Source of the DNA: Chrysomallon squamiferum | Taxonomy: Eukaryota > Animalia > Mollusca | Length of the DNA stretch: 64,000 nucleotides | Direction: 5' to 3' | Assembly: GCA_012295275.1 (NCBI GenBank) | Contig: CM022670.1 | Location: 7,378,001-7,442,000 of the forward strand | Shown: in pieces, positions 1 to 18,542 of the stretch | How the letters are laid out: every line of letters starts with the position of its first letter | How positions within the stretch are numbered: position 1 is the stretch's first letter | Notes under the pieces: generated by a model | The model's input: the letters and a program-made list of their open reading frames with translations, nothing else | Told to the model about the DNA's origin: nothing | Databases searched by the model: none | Translations under genes and position numbers: made by a program

Positions 1-229
1 GAAACTGTATTTGAAACAAACCTTAGTCAATCATTCAAGCCATTTTCTTTGAATCACAAACAGATTGCATTCAGCATTTGAGATATTGATGTGGCACTGG
101 TGAATTAAAAGTTGATTGGGTAATACAGATAATACAAGTGAAGTATTTTAAACGTTACAGAATAATTATTTTAAAAACTGAAAGTTAAATAATTTATTTG
201 ATTTGTTTTCTCTTGTTTTTTTTTCACAG

Positions 230-871
230 GCAACAAGGCGGTGGCGTTTTATCAGTCGACTGTTCTGAAAAACGCAAAACTTGTGATGTTTGTTTGGAGT
301 GTCCTCAATGCAAGGTGAGAAGGAAACTTAACATTTTTTATAAAAATATAAAAATTAAAACAAAATTCTGTATTGTTTTAACGTTACCCAATTGCTTTAG
401 TACTTAAATATATTTCAGTAACAGAACAATACCTCTCTGTTACACACTGCAAACAGTTTTAAAAGGTTTTAAATGTCTTTAACATGATTACCGACAGTGT
501 ATTTTAAATTAGGAAATACTATCCTTATCATATGAGACTGGGTTCTGTCATTCCATGAATGGAGAATAACTGAGACATTCCTATTTATGTTATTATGTGA
601 CTTTAACACTAAAGATCTAACTAAAGTAAAATCGATCTCGTATATGAGGTATAACAATGGAATATAAAAACTTTACTGAAAAATAAAACCAGTAGATATT
701 CATGTAAGAAAACAGTAATTGTGACAATATTTATAGCCTTTTTAATAACTGATTTTATTTCTTTTTTTATTTTATTTTTTGTTTTTTTTTTTTTTTTTTT
801 ATTGGCTTTATTTATTTCCTTGTTTGTTTGTTTGTTATTTAGTTTGTGTTTTGTTCTTTCAGAAACACTAA
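230..871 (+). CDS. TEP: TEP/CD109-like copy A, last two coding exons (230-314, 863-871); 5' part lies outside the window
   Basis: Exon 230-314 (cag|GCAAC...CAAG|gtgag) and terminal exon ag|AAA CAC TAA are paralogous to copy C exons 45393-45478 and 45893-45901. The preceding intron (1-229) and 3' UTR also match copy C. The exon is 85 nt versus 86 nt in copy C, a 1-nt deletion in an A run near 286-289. Confidence 0.85.
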
Positions 872-1023
872 TGTCTAATTTTAGACGAATACGAACCGGT
901 GACTCCACAGAGACTTTTAAAATTAATGTTACTTTTTATAATGAAAATATTGTCTTATTTTAAAATAATATGTTATTAAAAATACAAATACCGAATTCTC
1001 GTTGTTATACTTTTCTGTGGTTG

Positions 1024-1074
<51 letters not shown>

Positions 1075-2404
1075 AAAAAAGGTAAGTGGTTAATACAGAA
1101 AGAGCAACAAAATGTAATATGAAATAAACACAAACCAGCCATTTTTGATTAATTACCTGTCCATTTTTAATGCTTACCATAAGTTATGTTTACTTGAGAA
1201 TCCTTGCATACTGAGACAAAATTTAACATTACTCAACAGAGCTAACAGCAACACTGAAAGTGTATTCAGGGTAAAGAGGAGCAAATAATCATTAAATTCA
1301 GAAAACATATTCTTGCAAAGTGAAGTACAAGAAAAATGTTTAGGCATAAAAATATATAAAAAGAATGAATAAAATCTGATGTCATTAAAAGCATTAAATA
1401 AAAATGGTAATAAATATATAAGGCTTTAAAATTTGTTCCTAACTAAGAATAAAGTATTTATTGTTATATGTATGTTACATCAATCGCAAGTAATGTACCC
1501 TTTGCTATTACAAATTTTATGACAATTAGAGAAAAATATTTTAGTTGTGTTTAAGGTGATAAAAGACGGTGACTTCAAAATAATTCATTTGCAGTGAATG
1601 TGTTCATAAAAGTATTGTGTCTTCACCTGTGATACATTTTCAAATTTAAAAAAAATATTTTCTGGTCTCCTGCCACGCATTAGCCATAAATCGACATTTC
1701 AGTATCAGGAAACAAATATATAGTATATAATAATAAAGATAAACATTCAGTATATAATAATAAGGATAAATATTTGCCTTTAATCTAAGAAATATATTTA
1801 TTATTTAGAATAATCAATATTATGAAAAAGAAACAGTTTTAAAACTTCTTACTGAATTTGTTAACAGTGTATATATTGTAAGTAAATGATGATCATTCAT
1901 ACGAATGGGAAATTCTGTAGACTGTTGCTATAAAGCTTTAAATTTTCTTTTCATATTTGTTTTGCCCCACATTTTATTCAAAATTATTTCAATATTTTTA
2001 TATAGATCAGAATTTGTAACATCGAATATTTTCGAGTTCACATTATTTGTTGCTGCAGTAATTTTAACAAAGCTGAAGAGTACTTTTTAAACGTTTTTAA
2101 AATGTTTTATATTTGTCAGTTGTAATCAACAGGTAATGGAAATCAGCTCACCTTCTGCACAGGTTACTTTGAAAACACACACTCCAGATATCAGAATCTT
2201 TGAGAATCTGCGACTGGAAAAATTCAGTTGCTTGCTTACCTGAAAAATTCATTTATCAGATATTAGCTGATTCGTCTAGTGTTAATGTATTAGTAACATG
2301 ATATATTGTAATTTTTAAAAGTTGAAGGTCTCATTATAAAACATAATAATGATGATGATTATTACAACAATAACAACAAAAAAACAACAAAAAAACTAAA
2401 AAAA

Positions 2405-2449
<45 letters not shown>

Positions 2450-2599
2450 TGAAAATGAAAATAATAATAATAATAATAATAATAAGAACAAGAAACCCAT
2501 TCCCCAAAAGGAAGAACAATAAATAAAAAAAAAAAAAAAAAAGAACTAAAAACCCACAAAACAAGAAAAAAAATAAACTAAAAACAAAACAAACAAAAA

Positions 2600-2800
2600 C
2601 ATAAACTAAATATGACAGAAATTGTCAAACATAAATTAAGTACGTCCTATTCTGTAAAACATAACCTTAGTACGTCATACATTGTAAAACATTACCTCAG
2701 TATATCTTACCTTGTAAAACATACACGAATACGTCACAGATTGTGAAACATAAATTAAGTACGTCGTACACTTAAAGTATAAATTAACTATAACATATAT
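2600..2800. repeat. Degenerate array of the same 30-bp minisatellite, 6-7 units
   Basis: Units such as ataaattaagtacgtcctattctgtaaaac and ataaccttagtacgtcatacattgtaaaac. Confidence 0.8.
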
Positions 2801-3013
2801 TGCCTAATATAACTTAATATTAATAACATTAATTTGAGGAAAGTTTACAGACATTTTGTGTGGCGAAAATGATCTGTTCATATTTACATTGGTGCATTAT
2901 AAAGAGTTATAACCCTTCCTTAAACCGGCAAAGTTTTGATAGTATATAGTATAGTATTGTCTTATTTAACCCTTATTTTATTTATTTATTTATTTTCATC
3001 ATCATCATCATCA

Positions 3014-3062
<49 letters not shown>

Positions 3063-3291
3063 CATTTTGTTATTGCACTTTTCGAGAGGGCATAATTGAA
3101 AACTATTTCATAATAATGTTAAAGCCGTTTACTTCAGTTACAGATATCTGAATGAAAATATTTTCATGTGACTCGCGCAATTCAGTGAAATAGAAATTTT
3201 CTTTTAATCCTTTATAGCTACCGAAGGATAAATTTCTAGATAAATCCAAACTATAATCGAGATTATTTATTTCGAAGTTAGAAAAGAAACA

Positions 3292-3341
<50 letters not shown>

Positions 3342-3505
3342 ATGTACATCATCTAACATATATGTTAATAGAGATTGCTTATACAGATGTTATTTTCTGC
3401 TGCAAAATGTTTGCCCGACTTTTATCTTCTAAAAGCAAATAGATTATTTTACAACTGCAAAGTTGCACTTGATACGTGAACGACTTTGTTCTTGGTTTGC
3501 TTTAC

Positions 3506-3635
3506 TTTAGGAGTGGTTGTTGTTGTCACGTTTCTTTTGCCTCTTTTTTAAAATGTTTTTATTTATTTATTTTTTTAATAGTGACCATTACAAGGTGTTC
3601 GGGATTGTAAAATGACAACAACAACCACTCCTAAA
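3506..3635. repeat. Perfect 23-bp inverted repeat with an 84-bp spacer (possible MITE)
   Basis: tttaggagtggttgttgttgtca at 3506-3528 and tgacaacaacaaccactcctaaa at 3613-3635. Confidence 0.75.
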
Positions 3636-3980
3636 ATCGAAAAGAAATCATCAATAATTCAGAGATTTATGAACACAACACAGTATGAAGCACATTTCAT
3701 GGTGTGATTTTCACTCTTTAAATCATAACGTTATTAATATCCGCAATAAAAAGTTTAGCAAGTTTTTGTAAATAACTGTTGCTTCCAAATAAAATAAAGC
3801 GATAAAACTTGGTAATATGTTAGTTGCATACGCCCTGTCGCTTTGAGTAATGAAAAGAACACCATTTGTCATACCCCACGCCGTTATGTGTACTGCACGT
3901 GCAAATGCAGTGCGCTCGTGCTGTCGAAGAAACGCGTGCAATACTGATGTATTGAAATCACATTTTAATGCCAACATTAT

Positions 3981-4019
<39 letters not shown>

Positions 4020-4037
4020 ACAATTTATCCTGTTATA

Positions 4038-4965
4038 ATGGGTCGTCGTCCAGGCTTAACAGAAAATCAACGTCATGAAGCAATGGGACGCCTACAAGAC
4101 GTTACTCAGTACTTTCGTGTTTATGACAGTACCATATCATACTCCGACAACTCGTACACCAAACTGGGCAAGTGGTAGACCACGGTTGACTACTCCAAGG
4201 GAAGAGGGGTATTTAGTGACGTCATCTCAACGTCACAGGTTCGAAAGTGCTCCCCGTTTAGCCCCTACTTTGCACCAAACCAAAGGCAGTAGTAGAATTC
4301 ATGCTCAAACTCTCCGTAACCGTCTCCATGCTGCTGGATTACAAGCACGTCGCCCTATTGTAGCTGTCACATTCAGGAACACCTGAGATGGGCCAGAATA
4401 CATCAACACTGGCGACGCAGACAATGAGATCAGACATTATTCACAGACGAATCCAGGTTTTGTGTTCAACTTGCGGATGGTAGGCATCATGTATGGAGGC
4501 GAAGGGGAGAATGAAATGATACAGACAGCGTCATTCAGCATGACCGATATGGAGGTGTCAGCGTCATGGTCTGGGCAGGCGTTCATGGAGGAGGTAAAAC
4601 AGATCTCGTTTTCATTGACGGAAACATGACTGCTCAATCTTACTGCGACGAGATCATTACACCAGTGGTCATTCCATTCATGCAGCAGCATCCTGGCTTT
4701 CTGCTTCAACATGACAACGCTAAACCACATACCGCTAGGCTAACCACTAACCAAGTGTTGAACTGGCCACCAATGTCCCCTGATTTGATCCCAGTTGGAG
4801 ATGCTTAGGACCTACTGGGCCGAAAATACGCGAAAACCATTTCCATATCCTTAATGTCCATGACATACAAATTGCTCTGAACCGGGAATGGAACGCAATT
4901 ACAATTCCTTAGATTCATGCTCTCTTTAGTAGCACGAGACAATGATGTACTGCTGTCACCAACTA
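4038..4965 (+). mobile_element. Degenerate Tc1/mariner-family transposase relic
   Basis: MGRRPGLTENQRHEAMGRL start, SGRPRLTTPREE, TLRNRLHAAGLQARRP, FTDESRF, VMVWAG, QHDNAKPH and WPPMSPDL motifs spread over several frames, with stops. Termini not identified. Confidence 0.88.
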
Positions 4966-5139
4966 GATTAATCTGAATAGAATAGTACTGTTAGGAAGTG
5001 CTTTAAACAATATTCGTATCTGTGTCATATATAATAAAGCTAATTACGTACTAATGGAAGAAAAATATTAGTTAAATGTTGCAGCAAGACTTACCGGTTT
5101 TCACAAACGTTCTTCATGTACATGTTATACCTGCTCGTA

Positions 5140-5480
5140 GAAACCGTAACATAAGTCTTACAGTGTAACAATAAACAGCTTACATCTTACAGTGTAATAA
5201 TAAACAACATAAGTTCTACACTATAAAAATAACCAGCATACGTCTTCGGTTAAAATAATAAACTAAGTACGTCATACATTATAAAACATAAACCTAGTAC
5301 GTCATACATTATGAAACATAAACCAAGTACGTCATACATTATGAAACATAAACTAAGTAAGTTATACACTGTGAAACGTAAAATAAATACGTCATACATT
5401 GTGAAATGTAAAATAAATACGTCATACATTGTGAAATATAAACTAATTGAGTCATACATTATGAAACATAAACTTAGTAC
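5140..5480. repeat. 30-bp minisatellite (consensus about aagtacgtcatacattatgaaacataaact), roughly 11 units
   Basis: Direct head-to-tail repeats with no spacers, more degenerate at the left end. Confidence 0.9.
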
Positions 5481-5959
5481 ATCTTTCATTTCTTTAACTA
5501 CTGCTACTGTTACAGTTACTAATATAAATAATATAATATAAGAAACAAGAAAACTACAACAACAACGATTATTACTTCTCTTACAAGTGCTACTACCTCT
5601 GCCACTACTATCGTTTTTCTTGTAATGTCATTATCGTCATCTTAACAGTTTATTGTCATTGTTATGGTTATTGATGACGATATGTTATTTGGTTTTTTAA
5701 ATTTATTATTATTTTTTATATTGATTTTACAGTCTTTTTATTTTTTCTATCAAAACTAATTTCTGTGATGGATCAACTGTTGTGTTTTATTGAGGAAGTT
5801 TAAAACTCATCAAATGTGAAATTTCCCCTTTACATTGAAAACTCAGGTATGTTGGCTCAATTCATGGCACAAACAGCATGAGTGAGTATCATTTGAACTA
5901 TTCAAACGTTTTTGGTTTCCGCATTGTTGAATTTCTTTTTTCTTATTTTTCCTTCTTTC

Positions 5960-6330
5960 TTTCTTACAACAACAACAACAACAGGATTTAAAAAGAACAA
6001 GAACTGCAACAATAATAATAGTATACTACTACTACTTCTAATAATAATAGTCTTTATCGTAGTCATTGTCATGATCATTATTATTATTTTACTTGTAAAA
6101 TTCTGTATTGATGCATCAGTATCAGTTATCATCATCAAACAAACTACGACGACAAACAACAACAACAACAACAGGAATAACAAGAACAAGAACATCAATA
6201 ATAATAGTAATACAACTACTACTACTACTAATAATAGTCTTTATCTTCGTCATTGTCATGATCATCATTATTATTTTACTTGTAAAATTCAGTATTGATG
6301 CATCAGTTATCATCATCATCATCATCATCA
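5960..6330. repeat. Tandem duplication of a ~185-bp low-complexity unit
   Basis: ataataatagtctttatc...gtcattgtcatgatcat...ttttacttgtaaaattc.gtattgatgcatcagt occurs at about 6040-6120 and again at about 6230-6308. Confidence 0.75.
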
Positions 6331-6792
6331 TGTTATATAATTGCCGTTATTCTCGTTCTTCTTCTTCTTCTTCTTCTTCTTCTTATTATTATTATTATTA
6401 TTATGAATTTAAAACTTTTGCCTGAGACTCCGAAAAACAAATAATTCTGTTTCGTACGTCAACCAATAGCTGAAAAGAAATTAAAAATAAACCTAAAGGA
6501 AAATACGACATACTGTTATCAGAAACCCTTTGGCTACCAATAAAATATTATTACTTGAAATGGAAAACTATGCATCATTTATTGATTAAATTTTTGCAAA
6601 AAAAGAAAAAAAAAGAAAGAAAATGCTGCCTCTGTTTTACATATATATCAAGTAACAGTAATAACATTTGACGTTTATGTTAGCTGTGTGGCTATTGTAT
6701 AATTTTAACAGCTTGTGTGGATGGATGACTGCAAAGAACAGCAAAGAAAATACTCGTGTATAAAAATGTGCAGAAAATACATGGATAGAAAT

Positions 6793-6894
<102 letters not shown>

Positions 6895-7013
6895 TATGTG
6901 TGTGTGAGAAAGAGATAATGAGTTACTTAGATACAAAGAATGAATTAAAGTTAAAATACTTTAAAATGAGAAAGACAAAGTTAGATTAAAATAGAGCTAA
7001 GGCATTGCCTGGA

Positions 7014-7109
<96 letters not shown>

Positions 7110-7408
7110 AGTTGTAACTGACATTAAACATGGACACAAAAGTAAGACTGTACTGAGTTGATGTAGATTGAGTCTTCACACATCGCTGCACTGTGAAAAC
7201 AAACATTATCGTGTAGTCTACGAGGAAACAGTCACCGAGACCAATGAAATATCTTGTCAGCGGGTAAATAAATGACATTAACCTCGAGCGTATGTAAAGC
7301 TTAGTAAAACTTTTTTTTTTTTTTTTTTCTTTTTTTCTGGTTTGTGGATCGTTAATTCTCTTCACCTGCTATCTTATCATTTATTTTCTTTCGGTCTTTA
7401 AATTAGAA

Positions 7409-7447
<39 letters not shown>

Positions 7448-8284
7448 AGTATGCCACCAGATGCATTCCATTAGAAATAGCCGCTGGGTTAACTTAAATT
7501 GCAAATACTAATCCAGAAAAAGAAGATATTAAAATATTTAATTTCTGCATAATGATATTGTGAGATAAAAAAAAAGAAAAAAAAAGAAAAAAGAAAATAT
7601 ATGAAATGTATTTCGTTCGTTATTCATCGATTCATTCATTTAACTATTCGTTTATTGATTTATTCACTTACTCATTAATTAATTCATTCATTCATTTATT
7701 CCTGAAATTATAATGCTATGTACTTCATTTAGTACAATAGAGGCGTGTATTTACTAACATAGTGCATTAGTATTACCAAACATTTAAATACAGTTTTACG
7801 TTTATTTGCATAATCAAAGTAGACGTTCGTAGATGAAAGAAATTAAATAACACATTAACAGAAGAATAAACACTTTAAACTGTGACTCATCTATAAATAA
7901 TTTCAACATAAGTCAGTTAAAGCGGAATTAAAGTGAATTTGATATTAGTTAGATGCAAATCTTTTGTATGATTGGTTTATAACGATAATAAGATAAAGGA
8001 TGGTCGGAGCTAATTTGTATTAGTATAATTATTAAAAGTCAAATGCTATTGGTTCGTGCGTTTCCTTGTGTTATCTTTACCAATTTAATCTAGTGAAGTA
8101 TGAATTAAAATCTGCAACACAGTGATACACTTTATCTTTATCCTCTTAACAGAGAAAAAGTATGTGCATATGCATTATTAAAAAAAAAATAAAAAAAAAA
8201 ATAAAACAAGTGCCCCAATTCATAATGCTGAGAACAAGCGAATGTGCGTCACGTTTGGCGCATACATCATCATATAACCCTGAG

Positions 8285-8405
8285 ATCCGGGAACACGCCC
8301 ATGTTTCTCACAACGTCACATAAGACGGATCCGGGACGGGATATATAAAAAGTTGGAATCGCCGAAAGGAAGTTTAGTGAGAAACAAGTTGAAGTTGTGT
8401 CAACC
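8285..8405 (+). promoter_or_regulatory. TEP copy B core promoter and 5' UTR
   Basis: TATATAAAA at 8342-8350, about 60 nt before the ATG. The block is conserved at 18543-18663 and 54547-54668. Confidence 0.7.
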
Positions 8406-13422
<5,017 letters not shown>

Positions 13423-13457
13423 GTAAGCTTGTTTTATCCTCTCTCTCTCTCTCTCTC

Positions 13458-13657
13458 NNNNNNNNNNNNNNNNNNNNNNNNNNNNNNNNNNNNNNNNNNN
13501 NNNNNNNNNNNNNNNNNNNNNNNNNNNNNNNNNNNNNNNNNNNNNNNNNNNNNNNNNNNNNNNNNNNNNNNNNNNNNNNNNNNNNNNNNNNNNNNNNNNN
13601 NNNNNNNNNNNNNNNNNNNNNNNNNNNNNNNNNNNNNNNNNNNNNNNNNNNNNNNNN
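13458..13657. other. Assembly gap (200 N, placeholder size)
   Basis: Run of N starting inside a (CT)n tract. Confidence 1.
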
Positions 13658-14660
13658 TCATCAGTAATAACTGTTAAAATTGCTATTAAATCAACAACAC
13701 CGACGACAACAACTGCTGAATGTTATTAATATTAACACAACTGTGAGTAACTAGTAATATTAAATTAATGATTTAGTCTAATTAATGACGACATTAATCT
13801 TTGTTTACAAATAATGAGAGGAATGGGTTAGATTGTGAAAAAACCCACTATCAAACTGTTAAACTGTTTAACAAACAAAAAAGTAACTAAAATAAAGACA
13901 AATGTATAATGAAATAGAATCAAATAAAATATAGTAGAAGTAACGACGACTACAACAACAACAACAACAACAATAATAATAAAAGAAAGACAGCAACAAG
14001 AACAAGGAAGCATAGTATCAGTATACGTGGCAACAGACTGTGCAAAACAGAAAAAAAAAATAGAAAAATAGAAAAAAAGAAACAAATGAATGATAAATAA
14101 ATAAATAAATAAATAAATACCTTTAAAATGTTTCACACCACTGATATTTAATTCACGACTAAAAGTTTGATACTGGTAGTATGATTATATTCATTCTATC
14201 CCGGATGTGCACGTGATATTCCCGGATCCAGTCGTAGAGTGTGAAGTAAAAGGCTAGCTATTGTATTTAATTGTATGCGAGGGATAATGCACGCCTATGT
14301 GTTTGTGTGTGAATCGAAATAGAATGTTCTACAGAACTAAACGATAAAAATGTTATTTATTTATTTATTTATTTTTTGATGAATGGTGATGGCGATGCTA
14401 TATCAGAAGGCGCTATAATTAGTTGCCGTCGCTGTTGTTGTTGTCGTCATCGTTGTTATTGTTTGTAACAAGTAGCCTATAACTTACCAGGATATGCAAA
14501 TAACCGAGTTTTTAACCACAAAATATAAGAAAAATGCACTGTAAAAAAAGTGACAAAAAGTATGGAATGAAGTAGTAAACATGATGTATATATGTCGCAG
14601 CTCTATCAGCAGGTCAGCAGTATCAATAGGATGAGTTTCGAATTACGAATATGTTGAGTG
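13658..14660 (-). promoter_or_regulatory. Second copy of the four-repeat gene's upstream region, promoter, non-coding exon 1 and intron 1, running into the gap
   Basis: Colinear with about 50230-51050. Has the same donor (14121) and an identical cccggatgtgcacgtgatattcccggatcc block at about 14199-14229. Confidence 0.7.
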
Positions 14661-15329
14661 TAAAATTACGTCAATTTATTTGAAAACTCTTGAGTTTTTT
14701 ATTTATTTATTTAAAAATGTATTTGTTAGTTCTTTGTTTATTCCATAATACTTTTCTCAGATGGACATATACCGATATATTTACTTTTTCTCAAATTTCG
14801 AAACTTTTTCGAAAATAATCATTTTTCGTTTTATTAACAGAATTAAATTTGTTGTTATCTAATTATTTTCTTCTTTCACTTTCTAACAAATAGTAATTTC
14901 AAATCTCACTGATTATACTTCTCATAACTGTATACGTATATCGATTTATCGAAATTATTTTCGTTTTAACATAAAAAGCGTAAATAATACACAGGTTTAT
15001 GTATAGGTTTTAAATTCTTTTATTTTATTTATTTATTTATTTACTTATTTCATTCCTTTTATTTCCTCGTGTATTAGATAAATTGAGTAACACTGAAATA
15101 TATATTCTATTCTCGTACGACACACACATATACAAAGTTAACCAAATACATATACACAAGCAAACATATACACATAATCATCTATTTACCTTTAAGTATT
15201 CACAGACACAGATGCACAAAATCACTCCGGCACATGAGGATGTATGTTCTGATGCTTAGACAAAAAAGGAGGGAAAAAAAGAAGAAGAAAAGAATCCCAG
15301 AATGTTCTTATAGACATATTTAAGTAGTT

Positions 15330-16667
15330 TGTAACAGAAAATGGGTAAAGATTCTCAAAGTTGAAGAAAACGGAACTTTAGTGTTTGCACAAAAGACAGA
15401 TTTAATCACAGCAATTTTACGCGGAGCTAGAGTAACATTTTTTGTTTCTAACTGGAGAAAAAACGTACGTCAGTCGTGCCCAATGGTTACGGATTTATAA
15501 ATCAATCCTACTGGTGCCATGCAACGGCCTGCACCAACGGTAAAGTTTAATCAACGAAGTATGCAATAGATCAAACAAAACCTCGACAGCCAATATTATC
15601 TGGTTTGTTTAGGAGCTTGGTTCTTCTAACGCTGTGTACTCCCACTCCGGTTCAGGTAATAAAATAAAAGGTAGCATAAATGAACTGATTCGTTCTGTAC
15701 AATCAGCTTATGACCTCAGAGTAGTCACGCGAGATGGCAAATATTCTACTCCACTTGACAACGTGGACTTTTCTGGACAAACAGTCAGTGAGTAAAGTAT
15801 CTGGCATGTTAGCCAGCGTGATGTTGGAAACCATTCAGAATTTCAATCAAATGCCTACTGGTGGTTTACTATACTCAGTTCAAATGGTTTACGGGACATG
15901 TCTAGGTGGAGTCTGGGTCTACATCAAAGCAGAGGTCACACAAATGATCGTGTTAGTTTAAACTGGTTCACAGACTCCAACTGGAGACATGTATTCACCA
16001 ACGACGAGAACGGAGAGACTCTGAACGGATGTCTTGATGATCTGATAAGAGCTGTAGAAAATGGACACAGGGTTAAAGTTGTCATGGGAAGTTATTCAAC
16101 ACGCGCGGACAATGTGCGTACGAAGAATGGACAAGTCTGTGCTCTGCTTCTGAATCACGTCTCTAAATCGAGCAAACAGAAATTTCAAGACAATGCTTAC
16201 TGGTACTGGCAGATGGTTCTCGCGACTGGGACGGTCAGAACACGAAGACGGCACTAACCGAGGGGACATCGTGGAAAAGAAATCTATCAGCTGGTTTGTA
16301 GATGGAGAAAGGTTCTCTCGACCAACAAGCAAACACACGTTATTTGGGGAAGGAAAAGAACGTTAAGAAACGCTATGAAAAAAGGCATTTCATTCAGGAT
16401 CGGCCTGCAAGGGGAAAGAAAGCTTGACTGGTGCTAGGCTGAAGTTGACAATATGGAATACTGACCTTCCTACAAAGAACTCTCAGCTCAAGCTTTCAGA
16501 AATGTCAGTGTGGAACCAATGCATGACTGGGAGTACAAAATCAAAGATAATTCTTATTGGTTGTTCATCAGAGTAAGTACTCTGGATGTGAGTCGCTGGA
16601 AAGTTGCTGAGCACATTGTTCTCAGTCATATGTCAAGCACAGTGACAGTGAACTGCTCGTCAGTTAA
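15330..16667 (+). pseudogene. Inverted pseudogene paralogue of the four-repeat secreted protein
   Basis: Starts CNRKWVKILKVEENGTLVFAQKTDLITAILRGARVTFFVSNW (compare CERAWTKILVTNVHGAVTFGSKSDLIDAVLRGARVRFFVSNW). Region 15592-16250 is nearly identical to the reverse complement of about 48597-47940. In-frame stops at 15610-15612 and 15793-15795, with deletions near 16249 and 16300. Confidence 0.92.
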
Positions 16668-17045
16668 TAAAAGAAATCAGTGTTTTTCTTTCATGATTAA
16701 CAATATATGTTCTAACGAAAGTTATAATTTATCGGTAAAAGTTAATTTAAGCCTTTCTTTAATTGTTTCATTATTTTTGTTCCTTTTATAACTATTAATT
16801 CATTATAAATACAGCCACACTTAAAGATATTCATACTTATTTTATGTGTGTGTATGTGGATGTGTATGTGTGCGTGCCTATGTTTTTGTGTGTGTTCGTA
16901 GTTCTCTAAATAATAATTTAAACTAATGAAAGACACGTTTAACTTTTATTTAACTAAAAACGACATGGTTGTTGTAGTTAGATTTTTAATTCCCGTCTTT
17001 TCTTTTTCTTTAAGACTATTTTACTTTTCTATAATCTGCAGATGA

Positions 17046-17107
<62 letters not shown>

Positions 17108-17589
17108 ATAATAATAATAATAATAGTAATAATAATAATAGTAATAATAAAATTATCGTTCATTCATTGTACATCACAGTAGGTCACTTTTTGGTATCCT
17201 TCACCACAAACAGTCCTTCTTCCAAACATTCTAGTCACCATGATTGATTCTTCACTAAAAATAAGTTTTGTTTTCCATCCCATTGCACCATTATCATTAC
17301 TACTACGACTACTATTGCGGCTGCTACTACTAATACTACTGATATTATTAATACTAGTATTACTATTGTTATTATTACTATTTTACTACTTCATTATTAT
17401 TATTATTATTATTATTATATTTTCCTCTTTTTCATCATATTTTAGATAAAGGTTAACGAAAACAAATGCTGTCATCTGAAAAATGATAATGTAATATATA
17501 CATTTGTTTACCGATAAGTTTACACAAAGTAGAAGTGTAAACACAATCTGTTTCCTTTTATTTGAAAACTGATAATGTCTCTCCTAACG

Positions 17590-17805
17590 CACTGTATTTT
17601 CACCTGACAAAGGTAACAGTTTGTATCTGCTATCTTGTGAGGTTTTCACCTGTATACGTAACAGATATGTTGGTATCATCGTACCGGATTTTCATCTCAC
17701 TTAGGTAACAGGTGCATATCTGCTATATTGTAGCGTTTTCACCTGTACAGATTATATATATGTCTGTATCACTGCAGTGTATTTTCAACTTTACATATGT
17801 GACAG
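17590..17805. repeat. Degenerate ~45-bp tandem repeat (ttttcacctg...gtaacag...tatc), about 5 units
   Basis: Recurring ttttcacctg and gtaacag cores. A paralogous array lies at about 53500-53740, upstream of copy D. Confidence 0.65.
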
Positions 17806-18542
17806 AGAATGAAAAAAATAAAAAATAAAATAAAACTCAGTAAATAATTTTTGCAGTTATGAATATACATGGTAAAAAATGAATATTTGAATGAATATAT
17901 CAGTAGTTATAAACTTTGTATAGAATGAGATACAAGTGACAAATATGAAAAACTCCGAAACTGTATGACTTCATTTTTTGAACAGTATTTATTTTTATAT
18001 TTTATATATATATATCTAAAAAAAAAACAATTCGTAATTAATATTTTATTTTATTGCTTGATTCGAGACAGGCATGGCTTGATTTGATAATTTACGTTAT
18101 AAAAGATTAAACATGTATTATTTTGGGGTAATTATATCAGTTATAATAATTGCAAATTTGAAAACCATCTTGCTGTGTGAAAAACTAAATATTGATAATG
18201 TTTCGTAATTTACATTCGAAATTTTTTAAAAGACCTAAAACACACATACATAATTTCTACATTAAAGAAAGATATAAAAAAACACAGAAAAAATACTCTA
18301 AACAACAACAAAACAACAACTAAACAATCAAATAAACAAGAACACAAAAGTAGATGAAAAAGTAGGTAGTGATCAGTGAGAACAACACAGTGATTTGAAA
18401 ATTAGAAAACAGATTTTAAAGAACACAGTGCCAGTCATTTAAATGAATATAAAACTTGACAACAGAGACATTTTGTTAGACAAATAATGTATCAACTGAT
18501 AATTACTGGAAAACATCGCCTTCACTGGCCACTGCCATCCCA

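Noticed and set aside
5140-5480. 30-bp repeats as a CRISPR array
   Set aside because: Head-to-tail units without unique spacers, no cas genes, and an intron-rich eukaryotic context.
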